Source: Actinomycetes bacterium (lineage in GTDB: Bacteria > Actinomycetota > Thermoleophilia > BMS3ABIN01). From it: a stretch of DNA of 39,630 nucleotides. Under the pieces are notes generated by a model. It made no database searches. It had not been told where the DNA came from and saw only the letters and a list, made by a program, of their open reading frames with translations. Of this stretch, positions 1 to 7,662 are shown piece by piece. The translations under genes and the position numbers were made by a program. The stretch's first letter is position 1. Each line of letters begins with the position of its first letter. The stretch covers positions 1-39,630 of the forward strand of contig JAJZQT010000010.1 of assembly GCA_021803005.1 (NCBI GenBank). The letters run 5' to 3'.

Positions 1-111
1 GCCAGAAAAGAGCCACAGGAAGACAGAAACAAGCGTATGTTGATAGATCAACGCCGATTATTCATGAAAATGTATCTCGTTAACCGCAGCCCGTTTGTTT
101 TGGTCGGTTGT

Positions 112-354
112 TCAGAGGTTCCTTAGTTCAGAATATTCATCGATGGTCAATTGGAACATGAAGTCTTCGGGGAACCTTTCGCTATTGCGTCGGACTTGTT
201 CGTTTAAGCGCTTTGTTGTTGTTCCATAAAGATTGGCGAGGTCAACATCAAGAATTACTTTCATACCCCGTACTAATAAAATTGATTGTCCTGCTCTCTC
301 GACAGGTACCAACGACTTATTTTCAGCCGTGTCTCCTCCTCCATTCGTTTCCAA
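112..354 (-). CDS. ORF6N-domain (KilA-N-like DNA-binding) protein, C-terminally truncated fragment
   Basis: 80-aa ORF with TTG start. 'VILDVDLANLYGTTTKRLNEQVRRNSERFPEDFMFQLT' fits the ORF6N N-terminal domain pattern. It stops at '...ELRNL' (TGA 112-114), where family members normally continue with LRSQ(I/F)xTS. Confidence 0.6.
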   Translation of the reverse strand: METNGGGDTAENKSLVPVERAGQSILLVRGMKVILDVDLANLYGTTTKRLNEQVRRNSERFPEDFMFQLTIDEYSELRNL

Positions 355-548
355 TTTTCATGTCTTTGAGGTCGCAATTTGCGACCTCAAAAATAAAAAA
401 GCCTGCTAATCTTCATGTCTTTGTGGTCGCAAATTGCGACCTCAAGATTAAACCGTGTGAAAAACACTCCATCGAAAAGATAATAGCAGGCGCTCCGGAC
501 GGAAGTTGCCAGTATTGGCGACAGGTGAAGCGGTCGCAATTTGCGACC
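355..548. repeat. Palindrome cluster: perfect 25-nt palindrome 366-390 (ttgaggtcgcaa-t-ttgcgacctcaa), near-perfect copy 421-445, 17-nt core copy 532-548 (ggtcgcaa-t-ttgcgacc); units 355-390 and 410-445 are ~36-nt direct repeats
   Basis: Read directly from the sequence. Both ~36-nt units share 'ttcatgtctttg' followed by the palindrome, with a period of 55 nt. Confidence 0.9.
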
Positions 549-623
549 ACCTCAATCATCAACTTTTTGTCAAAAATGAGAATGATGGAGGGGATTTTTC
601 CCGCACAGCGCTTCGACCAACAG

Positions 624-1340
624 CTAAACCGCGGCGATCAGGTATCCCGAGTAGTAAACGATGAGGATGGCCGCGACGGCTACCGCGGCGAAGATGCCGA
701 CGATCTTGGCGCCAAGATACCTGTGTGTTTCCCTGTTCTTTTTGTAGTAGCGGTAGAGGAACCAGGCGGCGATGACGGCCAGCACCCCCAGCGCGATCCA
801 GCGGTAGACACGGAAGAACCTCAGAGCGGCGTCGACGTTGCTGCCAAAGGAGTAGGTTATTCCCGCCACCAGGGTCACGAAGGTCGCGGCCGCGGCCGCG
901 TTGAAGACGAGGAACCGGGGGTAGCGCATGTGCGAGACGCCGGCGATGAGGGCCGCGGTTATGCGCGTCGAGGCTAGGAAGTGGGCAAAGTAGACGGTGC
1001 GGCCACCCTTTTCCCTGAAAAGTTTTTCCATGTCGTCGAGCTTCTGCTGGTCGAGCCGGATGTACCTGCCGTAGCGGTCGACCAGCGGCCTGCCTCCGAA
1101 GCGGCCGATGGCGTAACCGATATTGTCGCCGGCGGTGTCACCGAGGATGGCGATGGGGATGATCAGCCAGATCTTCAGCACGCCCTGGCTGGCAAAGAAC
1201 GAGAGCGTTATCAAGGCGGTTTCGGCCGGCACGGGGATGCCGGCGTTTTCGACCATCATGCCGAAAAAGGCCACCCAGTAGCCGTAGGAATCGACGTATG
1301 GGGCCAGCAGGTTGATGAAGTGCTGGGCTTCAGAGCTCAT
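624..1340 (-). CDS. dedA: DedA/VTT-domain family inner membrane protein
   Basis: 238 aa. 'FFGMMVENAGIPVPAETALI...GDTAGDNIGYAIGRFGGRPLVDRYGRY' is the typical DedA (SNARE-associated/VTT) core, with several hydrophobic helices. Confidence 0.8.
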   Translation of the reverse strand: MSSEAQHFINLLAPYVDSYGYWVAFFGMMVENAGIPVPAETALITLSFFASQGVLKIWLIIPIAILGDTAGDNIGYAIGRFGGRPLVDRYGRYIRLDQQKLDDMEKLFREKGGRTVYFAHFLASTRITAALIAGVSHMRYPRFLVFNAAAAATFVTLVAGITYSFGSNVDAALRFFRVYRWIALGVLAVIAAWFLYRYYKKNRETHRYLGAKIVGIFAAVAVAAILIVYYSGYLIAAV

Positions 1341-1418
1341 GCTATGGAATACCCTCTGACCGTGGGAACTGAACTTGCCGCCATGGTGGCTTTTGAACTA
1401 GCCGCTGCTTGTGGAAAT

Positions 1419-2063
1419 CTAACCGGCCGCAATCCGCAGGAACAGTTCGTGCAGCCTGAGGTCGCCCGTGAGCTCGGGATGGAAGGCGGTGACGAGCAGG
1501 TTGTTCTGGAGAGCGGCGACGGCGTGGCCCTCGAGCTCGGCCAGTATATCAACGCCCGGCCCGGCGGACTCGATCCAGGGGGCGCGGATGAAGATGCCGG
1601 GAAAGGGAGCGGCGGCGGGAAAGGGAGCGGCGCCCGAATTTACACCGGCGGCTGCCATGGAAGCCAGCGCCGGGATTTCCAGCGGCGCCTCGAAACTTTT
1701 CACCTGCCGCCCGAAGGCGTTGCGGCGCACGGTGATATCCATGAGGTTCAGGAGCGGCTGGTCGCCATCGGCTACCTGGCGGGCGAGCATCACCAGGCCA
1801 GCGCAGGTGCCGAACATCGGAAGTCCCGCGGCGCCCAGGCTTTTGATTTCGTCGAGCATGTGGTAGCTGACCATCAGCTTGCCGATGGTGGTGCTCTCAC
1901 CGCCGGGGATGATCAGGGCGTCGAGGCCGGCCAGCTCTCGGCGGCGGCGGACCTGGCGGGCGGCGGCGCCGCATTTTTCCAGCGCCGTGGCGTGCTCGCG
2001 GAAGGCTCCCTGGAGAGCGAGGACGCCGATGATGAGATGCCCGGTTTTCGGGCTCCTTGCCAT
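1419..2063 (-). CDS. pdxT: Pyridoxal 5'-phosphate synthase glutaminase subunit PdxT
   Basis: 'IGVLALQGAFREH', 'IIPGGESTT', 'MFGTCAGLVMLA', 'RNAFGRQVKSFE', 'AFHPELT' match PdxT/SNO triad glutaminase motifs. Start taken as ATG 2063; an alternative GTG at 2084 overlaps the upstream stop as GTGA. Confidence 0.9.
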   Translation of the reverse strand: MARSPKTGHLIIGVLALQGAFREHATALEKCGAAARQVRRRRELAGLDALIIPGGESTTIGKLMVSYHMLDEIKSLGAAGLPMFGTCAGLVMLARQVADGDQPLLNLMDITVRRNAFGRQVKSFEAPLEIPALASMAAAGVNSGAAPFPAAAPFPGIFIRAPWIESAGPGVDILAELEGHAVAALQNNLLVTAFHPELTGDLRLHELFLRIAAG

Positions 2064-2080
2064 AGGCCTTATCCGAAGAG

Positions 2081-2347
2081 TCACGAGTGTTTTTCCCTGG
2101 CGAAGAACTCAACCGAGCCACAGGATTCAAACCGCCAGGTTTCCAGGTCGAATGATCCGAAGCCGGGCCCGCCGAGGTCTCCCTGCTTCATCATGCTCTT
2201 CAGGTCTCTTTTTGAGAGCTGTTTGAGTTCTTCCCGCTTGCTTTCGTCCCGGTCCGGCCGCCAGATAATCGCCCCCGGGTGTTTACAGGACGATATGTTC
2301 CCCCTCACCATGGTTGCATTGCAGCGTGCGCATTCAGGTCCGTTCAA
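2081..2347 (-). CDS. Small Cys-containing (zinc-ribbon-like) hypothetical protein between pdxS and pdxT
   Basis: 88 aa with TTG start, preceded by a strong SD (gagaggtga, 3-4 nt spacer). N-terminal 'CARC' pair and C-terminal 'ESCGSVEFFA'. Its stop overlaps or abuts the pdxT start region. Confidence 0.55.
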   Translation of the reverse strand: MNGPECARCNATMVRGNISSCKHPGAIIWRPDRDESKREELKQLSKRDLKSMMKQGDLGGPGFGSFDLETWRFESCGSVEFFAREKHS

Positions 2348-2380
2348 GATTCACCTCTCGAGGGGGGATGGTTCGAAAAA

Positions 2381-2419
2381 GTAATGTGTCCAAAAACTAC
2401 GAATTAAGTAATGTGTCCC
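2381..2419 (-). repeat. Two direct copies of the GGACACATTACTT motif (minus-strand sense) in the pdxS-orf spacer; 2402-2419 is an exact copy of the 18-mer found at 4718-4735 and 4739-4756
   Basis: Plus strand has 'gtaatgtgtcc' at 2381-2391 and 'aattaagtaatgtgtccc' at 2402-2419, spaced 27 nt apart. Confidence 0.85.
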
Positions 2420-2441
2420 TCTGGTTTCTCTGGTTTTGGGG

Positions 2442-3332
2442 TTACCAGCCGCGGTGCTGGAGGAGGTTTTCCTCGCCGATTTCCTTGATCTCCAGACCGG
2501 CCATGGCCGACTTGAGCCCGGTCGATACCCGCGCCAGCACTTCGGGATCGTTGTAGTGCGTGGTCGCCTCGACGATGGCCTTGCCGCGCGCGGCCGGGTC
2601 CTCGCTCTTGAAGATTCCCGAGCCCACGAAGACGCCTTCGGCGCCCAGCTGCATCATCATCGCCGCGTCGGCGGGAGTCGCCAGCCCGCCGGCGGAGAAG
2701 TTGACCACCGGCAGCTTGCCGTTCTTTGCCACCCACTGCACCAGCTCGATCGGCGCCCTCAGCTCCTTGGCAGCCCTGAAGAGCTCGTCCTCATCCATGC
2801 TGGAAAGCTGCTTCATCTCGCCGTTGATGGTGCGCATGTGGCGCACGGCCTCGACGACGTTGCCGGTGCCGGCCTCGCCCTTGGTGCGGATCATGGCCGC
2901 GCCCTCGGAGATGCGCCTGAGCGCCTCGCCCAGGTTGACGGCGCCGCAGACAAACGGCACCGTGAACTTCCACTTGTTGATGTGGTTGGCCTCGTCGGCA
3001 GGCGTGAGCACCTCGCTCTCGTCGATATAATCGACCTCAAGCGACTGCAGTATCTGCGCCTCGACGAAATGGCCGATGCGCGCCTTGGCCATGACTGGGA
3101 TGGTCACCGCCTTCTGGATTTCCGTGATTTTTTCCGGATCCGACATGCGGGCAACGCCGCCGTCGGCGCGGATGTCTGAAGGAACGCGCTCCAGCGCCAT
3201 GACGGCGCAGGCTCCGGCCTCCTCGGCGATCTTCGCCTGCTCGGCGTCGGTGACGTCCATGATGACGCCGCCCTTGAGCATCTCGGCCAGCCCCGCCTTG
3301 ACGGTCATAGTGCCAATCTTGATCTCGCTCAT
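2442..3332 (-). CDS. pdxS: Pyridoxal 5'-phosphate synthase lyase subunit PdxS
   Basis: '[53 protein letters not shown]' and the remainder are collinear with PdxS/SNZ. Start chosen at ATG 3332 (MSEIKIG) with GGAGG 10 nt upstream; the longer ORF to 3431 is probably non-coding. Confidence 0.95.
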   Translation of the reverse strand: MSEIKIGTMTVKAGLAEMLKGGVIMDVTDAEQAKIAEEAGACAVMALERVPSDIRADGGVARMSDPEKITEIQKAVTIPVMAKARIGHFVEAQILQSLEVDYIDESEVLTPADEANHINKWKFTVPFVCGAVNLGEALRRISEGAAMIRTKGEAGTGNVVEAVRHMRTINGEMKQLSSMDEDELFRAAKELRAPIELVQWVAKNGKLPVVNFSAGGLATPADAAMMMQLGAEGVFVGSGIFKSEDPAARGKAIVEATTHYNDPEVLARVSTGLKSAMAGLEIKEIGEENLLQHRGW

Positions 3333-3364
3333 CCTGTTAGAACCTCCGTAATTTGCGTATAAAC

Positions 3365-3393
3365 ATCTTATCTGACCGCCCGGGGGCTTACAA
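3365..3393 (-). promoter_or_regulatory. Candidate sigma-70-type promoter for pdxS (TTGTAA-17 nt-TAAGAT on minus strand)
   Basis: Hexamers read by eye, ~32 nt upstream of the pdxS ATG. No experimental support. Confidence 0.3.
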
Positions 3394-3402
3394 ATTCGCG
3401 GG

Positions 3403-3431
3403 TTGAAATGTGCAATTACAAGGTATAGCAT
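3403..3431 (+). promoter_or_regulatory. Candidate sigma-70-type promoter for guaB3-like gene (TTGAAA-17 nt-TAGCAT)
   Basis: Hexamers read by eye. The leader of ~70 nt contains an imperfect hairpin (cctgaagc...gctttcagg). Confidence 0.3.
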
Positions 3432-3505
3432 CCCTCTAACCTGAAGCTCCCGAAAGTGCTTTCAGGAGGAAGTTTCCCAGGCAAATTCTTCTCCCCGGAG
3501 GGTTC

Positions 3506-4669
3506 ATGGAAGTCGAGATCGGACGAGGTAAAAAAGGCAGAAGGGCTTATGGGCTGGACGATATCGCCATCGTTCCCAGCCGCCGCACGCGTGACGTCGA
3601 GGACGTCGACATCACCTGGACGATCGGCGACCATAAACTTGAGCTGCCCTGCCTCGCCTCGGCCATGGACGGCGTTGTCGACCCGAAATTCGCCGGCGCC
3701 ATGGGCAAGATCGGCGGCATGGCCGTGCTCAACCTCGAGGGAATCCAGACCCGCTTCGAGAACGCCGGCGAGCAGCTGGAGAAGATCGCGGCGCTGCCGG
3801 CGGCGCAGGCCACAGCCGGCCTCCAGGAGATATACAAGGCGGAGGTCAAACCGGAGCTGATCGCCCAGCGCATCCGCGAGATCAAGGAACAGGGCGTAAT
3901 CGCCGCCGCCTCGCTGACGCCGCAGAAGGTAACCGAATATTACGAGATCGCGCTCAACGCCGGCCTCGATGTACTGATTGTCCAGGGAACGGTCGTTAGC
4001 GCCGAGCACGTCAGCTCCGTGGTCGAGCCGCTCAACCTCAAGAAATTCATCGCCGAGGTGCCGGTGCCCGTCATCGTCGGCGGCTGCGCCTCTTACACCA
4101 CCGCCCTGCACCTCATGCGCACCGGCGCGGTTGCCGTGCTCGTGGGCGTCGGCCCCGGGGCCGCCTGCACCACCCGCGGCGTGCTGGGAATCGGCGTGCC
4201 GCAGGCCACCGCCATCGCCGACGCCGGCGCGGCGCGGATCCAGCATCTGCTGGAAACCGGCCAGATGGTCAACGTCATCGCAGACGGCGGCATGCGCACC
4301 GGCGGCGACATCGCCAAGGCCGTCGCCTGCGGCGCCGACGCGGTCATGATCGGCTCGCCGCTGTCGCGCGCCACCGAAGCGCCGGGCCGGGGCTACCACT
4401 GGGGCATGGCCACCTTCCACCCGCAGCTGCCGCGGGGAACCCGCGTCAAGACCAACCAGGTCGCTTCCCTGAAGGAAATCCTGGTCGGGCCCGCGCGTGA
4501 GAACGACGGCACGCTCAATCTCTTCGGCGCCCTCAAGACCTCGATGGCCACCTGCGGCTACGAGAACATCCAGGCCTTCCAGAAGGCGGAGGTCATGGTC
4601 GCTCCCTCGCTGCAGACCGAGGGCAAGAAGCTGCAGCAGGAGCAGGACGTCGGCATGGGCAGCTGCTAG
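3506..4669 (+). CDS. guaB3: GuaB3-type IMP dehydrogenase-related protein (IMPDH/GMPR TIM barrel without CBS pair)
   Basis: 387 aa. 'GRRAYGLDDIAIVPSRRTRD...', 'VIVGGCASYTTALHLMRTGA', 'VIADGGMRTGGDIAKAVACGADAVMIGS' are typical of the GuaB3 subgroup. GGAGGG lies 3 nt upstream of the ATG. Confidence 0.85.
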   Translation: MEVEIGRGKKGRRAYGLDDIAIVPSRRTRDVEDVDITWTIGDHKLELPCLASAMDGVVDPKFAGAMGKIGGMAVLNLEGIQTRFENAGEQLEKIAALPAAQATAGLQEIYKAEVKPELIAQRIREIKEQGVIAAASLTPQKVTEYYEIALNAGLDVLIVQGTVVSAEHVSSVVEPLNLKKFIAEVPVPVIVGGCASYTTALHLMRTGAVAVLVGVGPGAACTTRGVLGIGVPQATAIADAGAARIQHLLETGQMVNVIADGGMRTGGDIAKAVACGADAVMIGSPLSRATEAPGRGYHWGMATFHPQLPRGTRVKTNQVASLKEILVGPARENDGTLNLFGALKTSMATCGYENIQAFQKAEVMVAPSLQTEGKKLQQEQDVGMGSC

Positions 4670-4672
4670 GGG

Positions 4673-4799
4673 TTGCATTCCCCGCCAATTGCAACTTTAG
4701 TAATTATGGTAATTATGGGGACACATTACTTAATTACCAATTAAGTAATGTGTCCCTTTTTGCATGTCCCTTTTTGCATTCCCCGCCAATTGCAACTTT
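4673..4799. repeat. Composite repeat-built intergenic region: 26-nt perfect direct repeat (4673-4698 and 4774-4799), 9-nt tandem gtaattatg x2 (about 4700-4717), 18-bp inverted repeat (4718-4735/4739-4756), 14-nt tandem tttttgcat(g/t)(t/c)ccc x2
   Basis: All repeats read directly. The region is AT-rich relative to its flanks. Confidence 0.9.
4718..4761 (+). terminator. Intrinsic terminator candidate after guaB3: 18-bp perfect stem, 3-nt loop, then TTTTT
   Basis: gggacacattacttaatt-acc-aattaagtaatgtgtccc followed by ttttt (4757-4761). Confidence 0.65.
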
Positions 4800-4827
4800 T
4801 TTCCCCCTGTTGTAACCTTGCCTCACC

Positions 4828-5703
4828 ATGGCGGCGCGCCGGAAAAAACCTGCGACCAATGGCAGTCTGCTGCGCGCGCTTCAGGATGACTTCGAAAACT
4901 TCTCCAAGGCCCGCCAGGCCATTGCCCGCTACCTGATCGACCACCTCGCCGAGGCGCCGGTGCTCACGACGCAGGGCCTCGCCCGCCATACCGGCACAAC
5001 CAGCTCTACCGTCGTCCGCTTTGCCCAGCACCTGGGCTTCACCGGATTCCCCCAGATGATGAATGCCGCCTGGGAGGAAAGCCGCCTGACCGCGGGCGGC
5101 CCCGGAGGCGGCATCGAGGGCCAGCTGGTCTTCCCCGTCGATGATGATTTCTCGGGACGCGCGGTCCGCATCGACGTCAAGATCCTCGAGGAGACCATGA
5201 AGCGGAACCGCGCCAATGAGTTCCTGGAGACCGTGGAGCTGCTGGAGTCGGCGGAGACGATCTTCGTGGCCGGCTTGTTCGAGGCGGCCATGGTCGCCAC
5301 CTATCTCAGTTACTACTTCACGATCATGGGGCTGCCGGTGGTGACGGTGACGGGCAATTCCGAGGAGCAGGTCGCCAGGCTGGCGGGGCTGGGGGAAAAA
5401 TCGGTGCTGATCGCCATCGGCTTCAAGACGGCGCACCAGTTTCTGCTGCGGTTGATAAAGACGGCGAAGGAACGCGGCGCCTTATCGGTGGGCATCAGCG
5501 AGAACACGGTCTCGGAGGTCTCGAAGCTGGCCGAACGGAACCTCTACTGCTACCTCGATTCATCCTCGTTCGCGCCGTCACTGGTGGGCGCATTCGGCAT
5601 CGCCGACGCCCTGGTCTCGGCGCTGTACGTCCGCGAGAAGCGGACCTACGATGCCCACATTTCCCGCCTCCACAGCCTGCCGCTCAGCTCGGACTGGCTC
5701 TAG
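4828..5703 (+). CDS. MurR/RpiR-family transcriptional regulator (HTH_6 + SIS domain)
   Basis: 'FSKARQAIARYLIDHLAEAPVLTTQGLARHTGTTSSTVVRFAQHLGFTGFPQM' is the RpiR HTH. The C-terminal half has SIS-like 'IFVAGLFEAAMVA...VLIAIGF'. Confidence 0.85.
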   Translation: MAARRKKPATNGSLLRALQDDFENFSKARQAIARYLIDHLAEAPVLTTQGLARHTGTTSSTVVRFAQHLGFTGFPQMMNAAWEESRLTAGGPGGGIEGQLVFPVDDDFSGRAVRIDVKILEETMKRNRANEFLETVELLESAETIFVAGLFEAAMVATYLSYYFTIMGLPVVTVTGNSEEQVARLAGLGEKSVLIAIGFKTAHQFLLRLIKTAKERGALSVGISENTVSEVSKLAERNLYCYLDSSSFAPSLVGAFGIADALVSALYVREKRTYDAHISRLHSLPLSSDWL

Positions 5704-5748
5704 GTACATCCCATGCTGTGCGGCTGAAGCGCGAGCGGATTCGCGGGA

Positions 5749-6666
5749 CTATTCCCCGGCCAGCGCCCTCAGGTCTTCCATGCGCTTCTGGTCGCTCGGC
5801 GCTGACTTCCCCGGAGTCTCCAGGATCATCGCCACTTCCCGCAGCCCGGGATGGCGCACGATCGCCCCGAGGCCCTTCACGGAGATAAGCCCCTGGCCGA
5901 TATGCTCGTGCTTGTCGCGGCAGGAGCCGCGCTCCACCGGCGAATCGTTGAGGTGGATAAGGTGCAGGCGGTCGATGCCGACCACCCGGTCGAACTCGTC
6001 CACCACCCGGCGCGCGGCGGCGCCGGAGCCGAGGTCGTAGCCGTCGCCCCACATATGGGCCGTGTCCAGGCAGATGCCCAGTGGCAGCTTCACCCCGCTG
6101 ACGGCCGCGGCGGACAGCACCTCGGCGAGCTCCTCGAAAGTGGAGCCGACGGTGTCGCCGGCGCCGGCGCCGTTCTCCAGAAGCAGCGCCGGGGGCCTGC
6201 TTCCCGCGGCGCCGGCCCGCCGCTCCGTTTCCTGACCGGAACCCGGGCAACCGGCCTCGTCCAGGCGGCAGATTCCATCCACCAAAGACTCGAGCGCCTG
6301 CCCGCGTCCGGTGCCGCGGCGGCTTCCCATGTGGACGACCACGTACTCGCAGGAGAGCGCCGCCGCCCGCTCGACGGTCGCCTGCAGCAGGCGAAGGGAT
6401 TTGGCGTAAAGCGGTGCGTTGCGGCCGGTGCGGCAGGAGAGATTGATCAGGTAGCCGGCGTGCAGGAAGACCGGGCGGAGATCGTGCTCGTCGAGGAAAG
6501 AGCGGAACAGCTCCGCCTGGCGCCGGTCGAGCTCACCCGGATTCCAGGCCGAAGGGTTGCCTGACATGATCTGGAAGGTGGTGCAGCCGATCTCGAGCGC
6601 GTGCCGCGCTGCGGCTGCCAGGCCCCCGGCGGTGCGGATGTGGATGCCCAGGCGGCGGAGGGTCAG
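5749..6666 (-). CDS. nfo: Endonuclease IV (deoxyribonuclease IV, AP endonuclease family 2)
   Basis: 'HAGYLINL', 'VVHMGS', 'LLENGAG', 'CLDTAHMW', 'IHLNDS', 'DKHEHIGQG' are metal-site motifs. The conserved N-terminus 'LGIHIRTAGGLAAAARHALEIGCTTFQI' is encoded in frame upstream of the first ATG (6567). The only in-frame candidate starts are near-cognate, e.g. CTG 6666-6664. Confidence 0.8.
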   Translation of the reverse strand: MTLRRLGIHIRTAGGLAAAARHALEIGCTTFQIMSGNPSAWNPGELDRRQAELFRSFLDEHDLRPVFLHAGYLINLSCRTGRNAPLYAKSLRLLQATVERAAALSCEYVVVHMGSRRGTGRGQALESLVDGICRLDEAGCPGSGQETERRAGAAGSRPPALLLENGAGAGDTVGSTFEELAEVLSAAAVSGVKLPLGICLDTAHMWGDGYDLGSGAAARRVVDEFDRVVGIDRLHLIHLNDSPVERGSCRDKHEHIGQGLISVKGLGAIVRHPGLREVAMILETPGKSAPSDQKRMEDLRALAGE

Positions 6667-7469
6667 TTTCCCAGCAGGTGGAAATCATGCGGCGGCCAGT
6701 AGATGACGTCGGCGCGGCCGATGATGTTGTCCTCGGGCACATAGCCCCAGATGTGGCTGTCGGAACTCTCGTTGCGGTTGTCGCCGAGCACGAACATCAT
6801 GCCGTCGGGAACGACATGCGGCTCCCGCGTATAGGTAGGCGTCGTCGCCTCCGGCACGGGGAAGTCCAGGCCGTTGACATAGGTATGGCCGCCACGGACC
6901 TCGACGGTGTCGCCCGGCAGGCCGATCACGCGCTTGACGTAGGGGATGTCCTGCTCCAGCCCCGCAGGCGGCGTGAACACGACCACGTCTCCACGTTCAA
7001 CCTGATGGAAACGGTAGATCACGCGGTTGGCAAGGATGCGGTCCTGCAGCTGGATCGTCGGCAGCATCGAGCCGGAAGGAATCTGATACGGTTTGGCAAC
7101 GGTGGCCTGGGCGAACATGGCCACGCCGAAAGCTATCGCCAGAGGAATGATCACGTCGCGGAAAGCCCTGCGGGTGATGTACACCGGCGTGGACGGCGTC
7201 TTCGTGGCCGGCTTGACGCGGCGACTGTCTTCCGGCTCGGCCGGCGCGATGGCGGCCGGCGGTTCGTCGGACCAGTACCGGGCGGGCTCGGTTGCGGGAG
7301 CGGCTCCCGAATCCGCTTCCCCAGGGGCCGCTGGACCGATGCCGGCACCCCAGCCTTCGGGAGGCATCGTCACCCAGCGGTCATGTTTCAGTCGTGGGGA
7401 AAGGGGATCGTCGCGGGGGGATTCTCCGGAGCCCTTGGGGGCTCCGCTGCCGGATTCGGTTTCAGCCAC
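6663..7469 (-). CDS. lepB: Signal peptidase I
   Basis: 'PSGSMLPTI' (Ser box), 'RGDVVVF', 'YVKRVIGLPGD' (Lys box), 'FVLGDNRNESSDSH'. It has a long Pro/Ala/Glu-rich N-terminal extension before the TM helix. Confidence 0.9.
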   Translation of the reverse strand: MAETESGSGAPKGSGESPRDDPLSPRLKHDRWVTMPPEGWGAGIGPAAPGEADSGAAPATEPARYWSDEPPAAIAPAEPEDSRRVKPATKTPSTPVYITRRAFRDVIIPLAIAFGVAMFAQATVAKPYQIPSGSMLPTIQLQDRILANRVIYRFHQVERGDVVVFTPPAGLEQDIPYVKRVIGLPGDTVEVRGGHTYVNGLDFPVPEATTPTYTREPHVVPDGMMFVLGDNRNESSDSHIWGYVPEDNIIGRADVIYWPPHDFHLLGN

Positions 7470-7662
7470 TGGTTATCCAATTCTTCAAGCGGCTTTGGAC
7501 AGCCGCGAATTGATACATGTTCATATACACAGCATTCCCATATTAGCGGTTTTTGGTACATCCAGCCAACCCGTGAGCGCCAGAGACACCGGCAGCAGAC
7601 CGGGGATTCTATACGGCTCGCCGGGAGGGCGATGATGCGGCCGCGGCCGCCTGGCCCGGGGC

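Noticed and set aside
981-2384. 467-aa plus-strand ORF; similar long ORFs occur at 213-977 (+), 3416-4678 (-), 2436-3179 (+) and 5851-6564 (+)
   Set aside because: They lie antisense to genes with unambiguous homology (dedA, pdxT, guaB3, pdxS, nfo). Their products are Arg/Ala/Gly/Pro-rich low-complexity strings, as expected for shadow ORFs in GC-rich DNA.
3371-3390. ZTP (pfl)-like string 'gaccgcccgggggc' upstream of the IMPDH-family gene
   Set aside because: Only a partial resemblance to the 3' CCGCCUGGGC element was seen. The 5' sub-domain is absent, and the string lies upstream of my predicted promoter.
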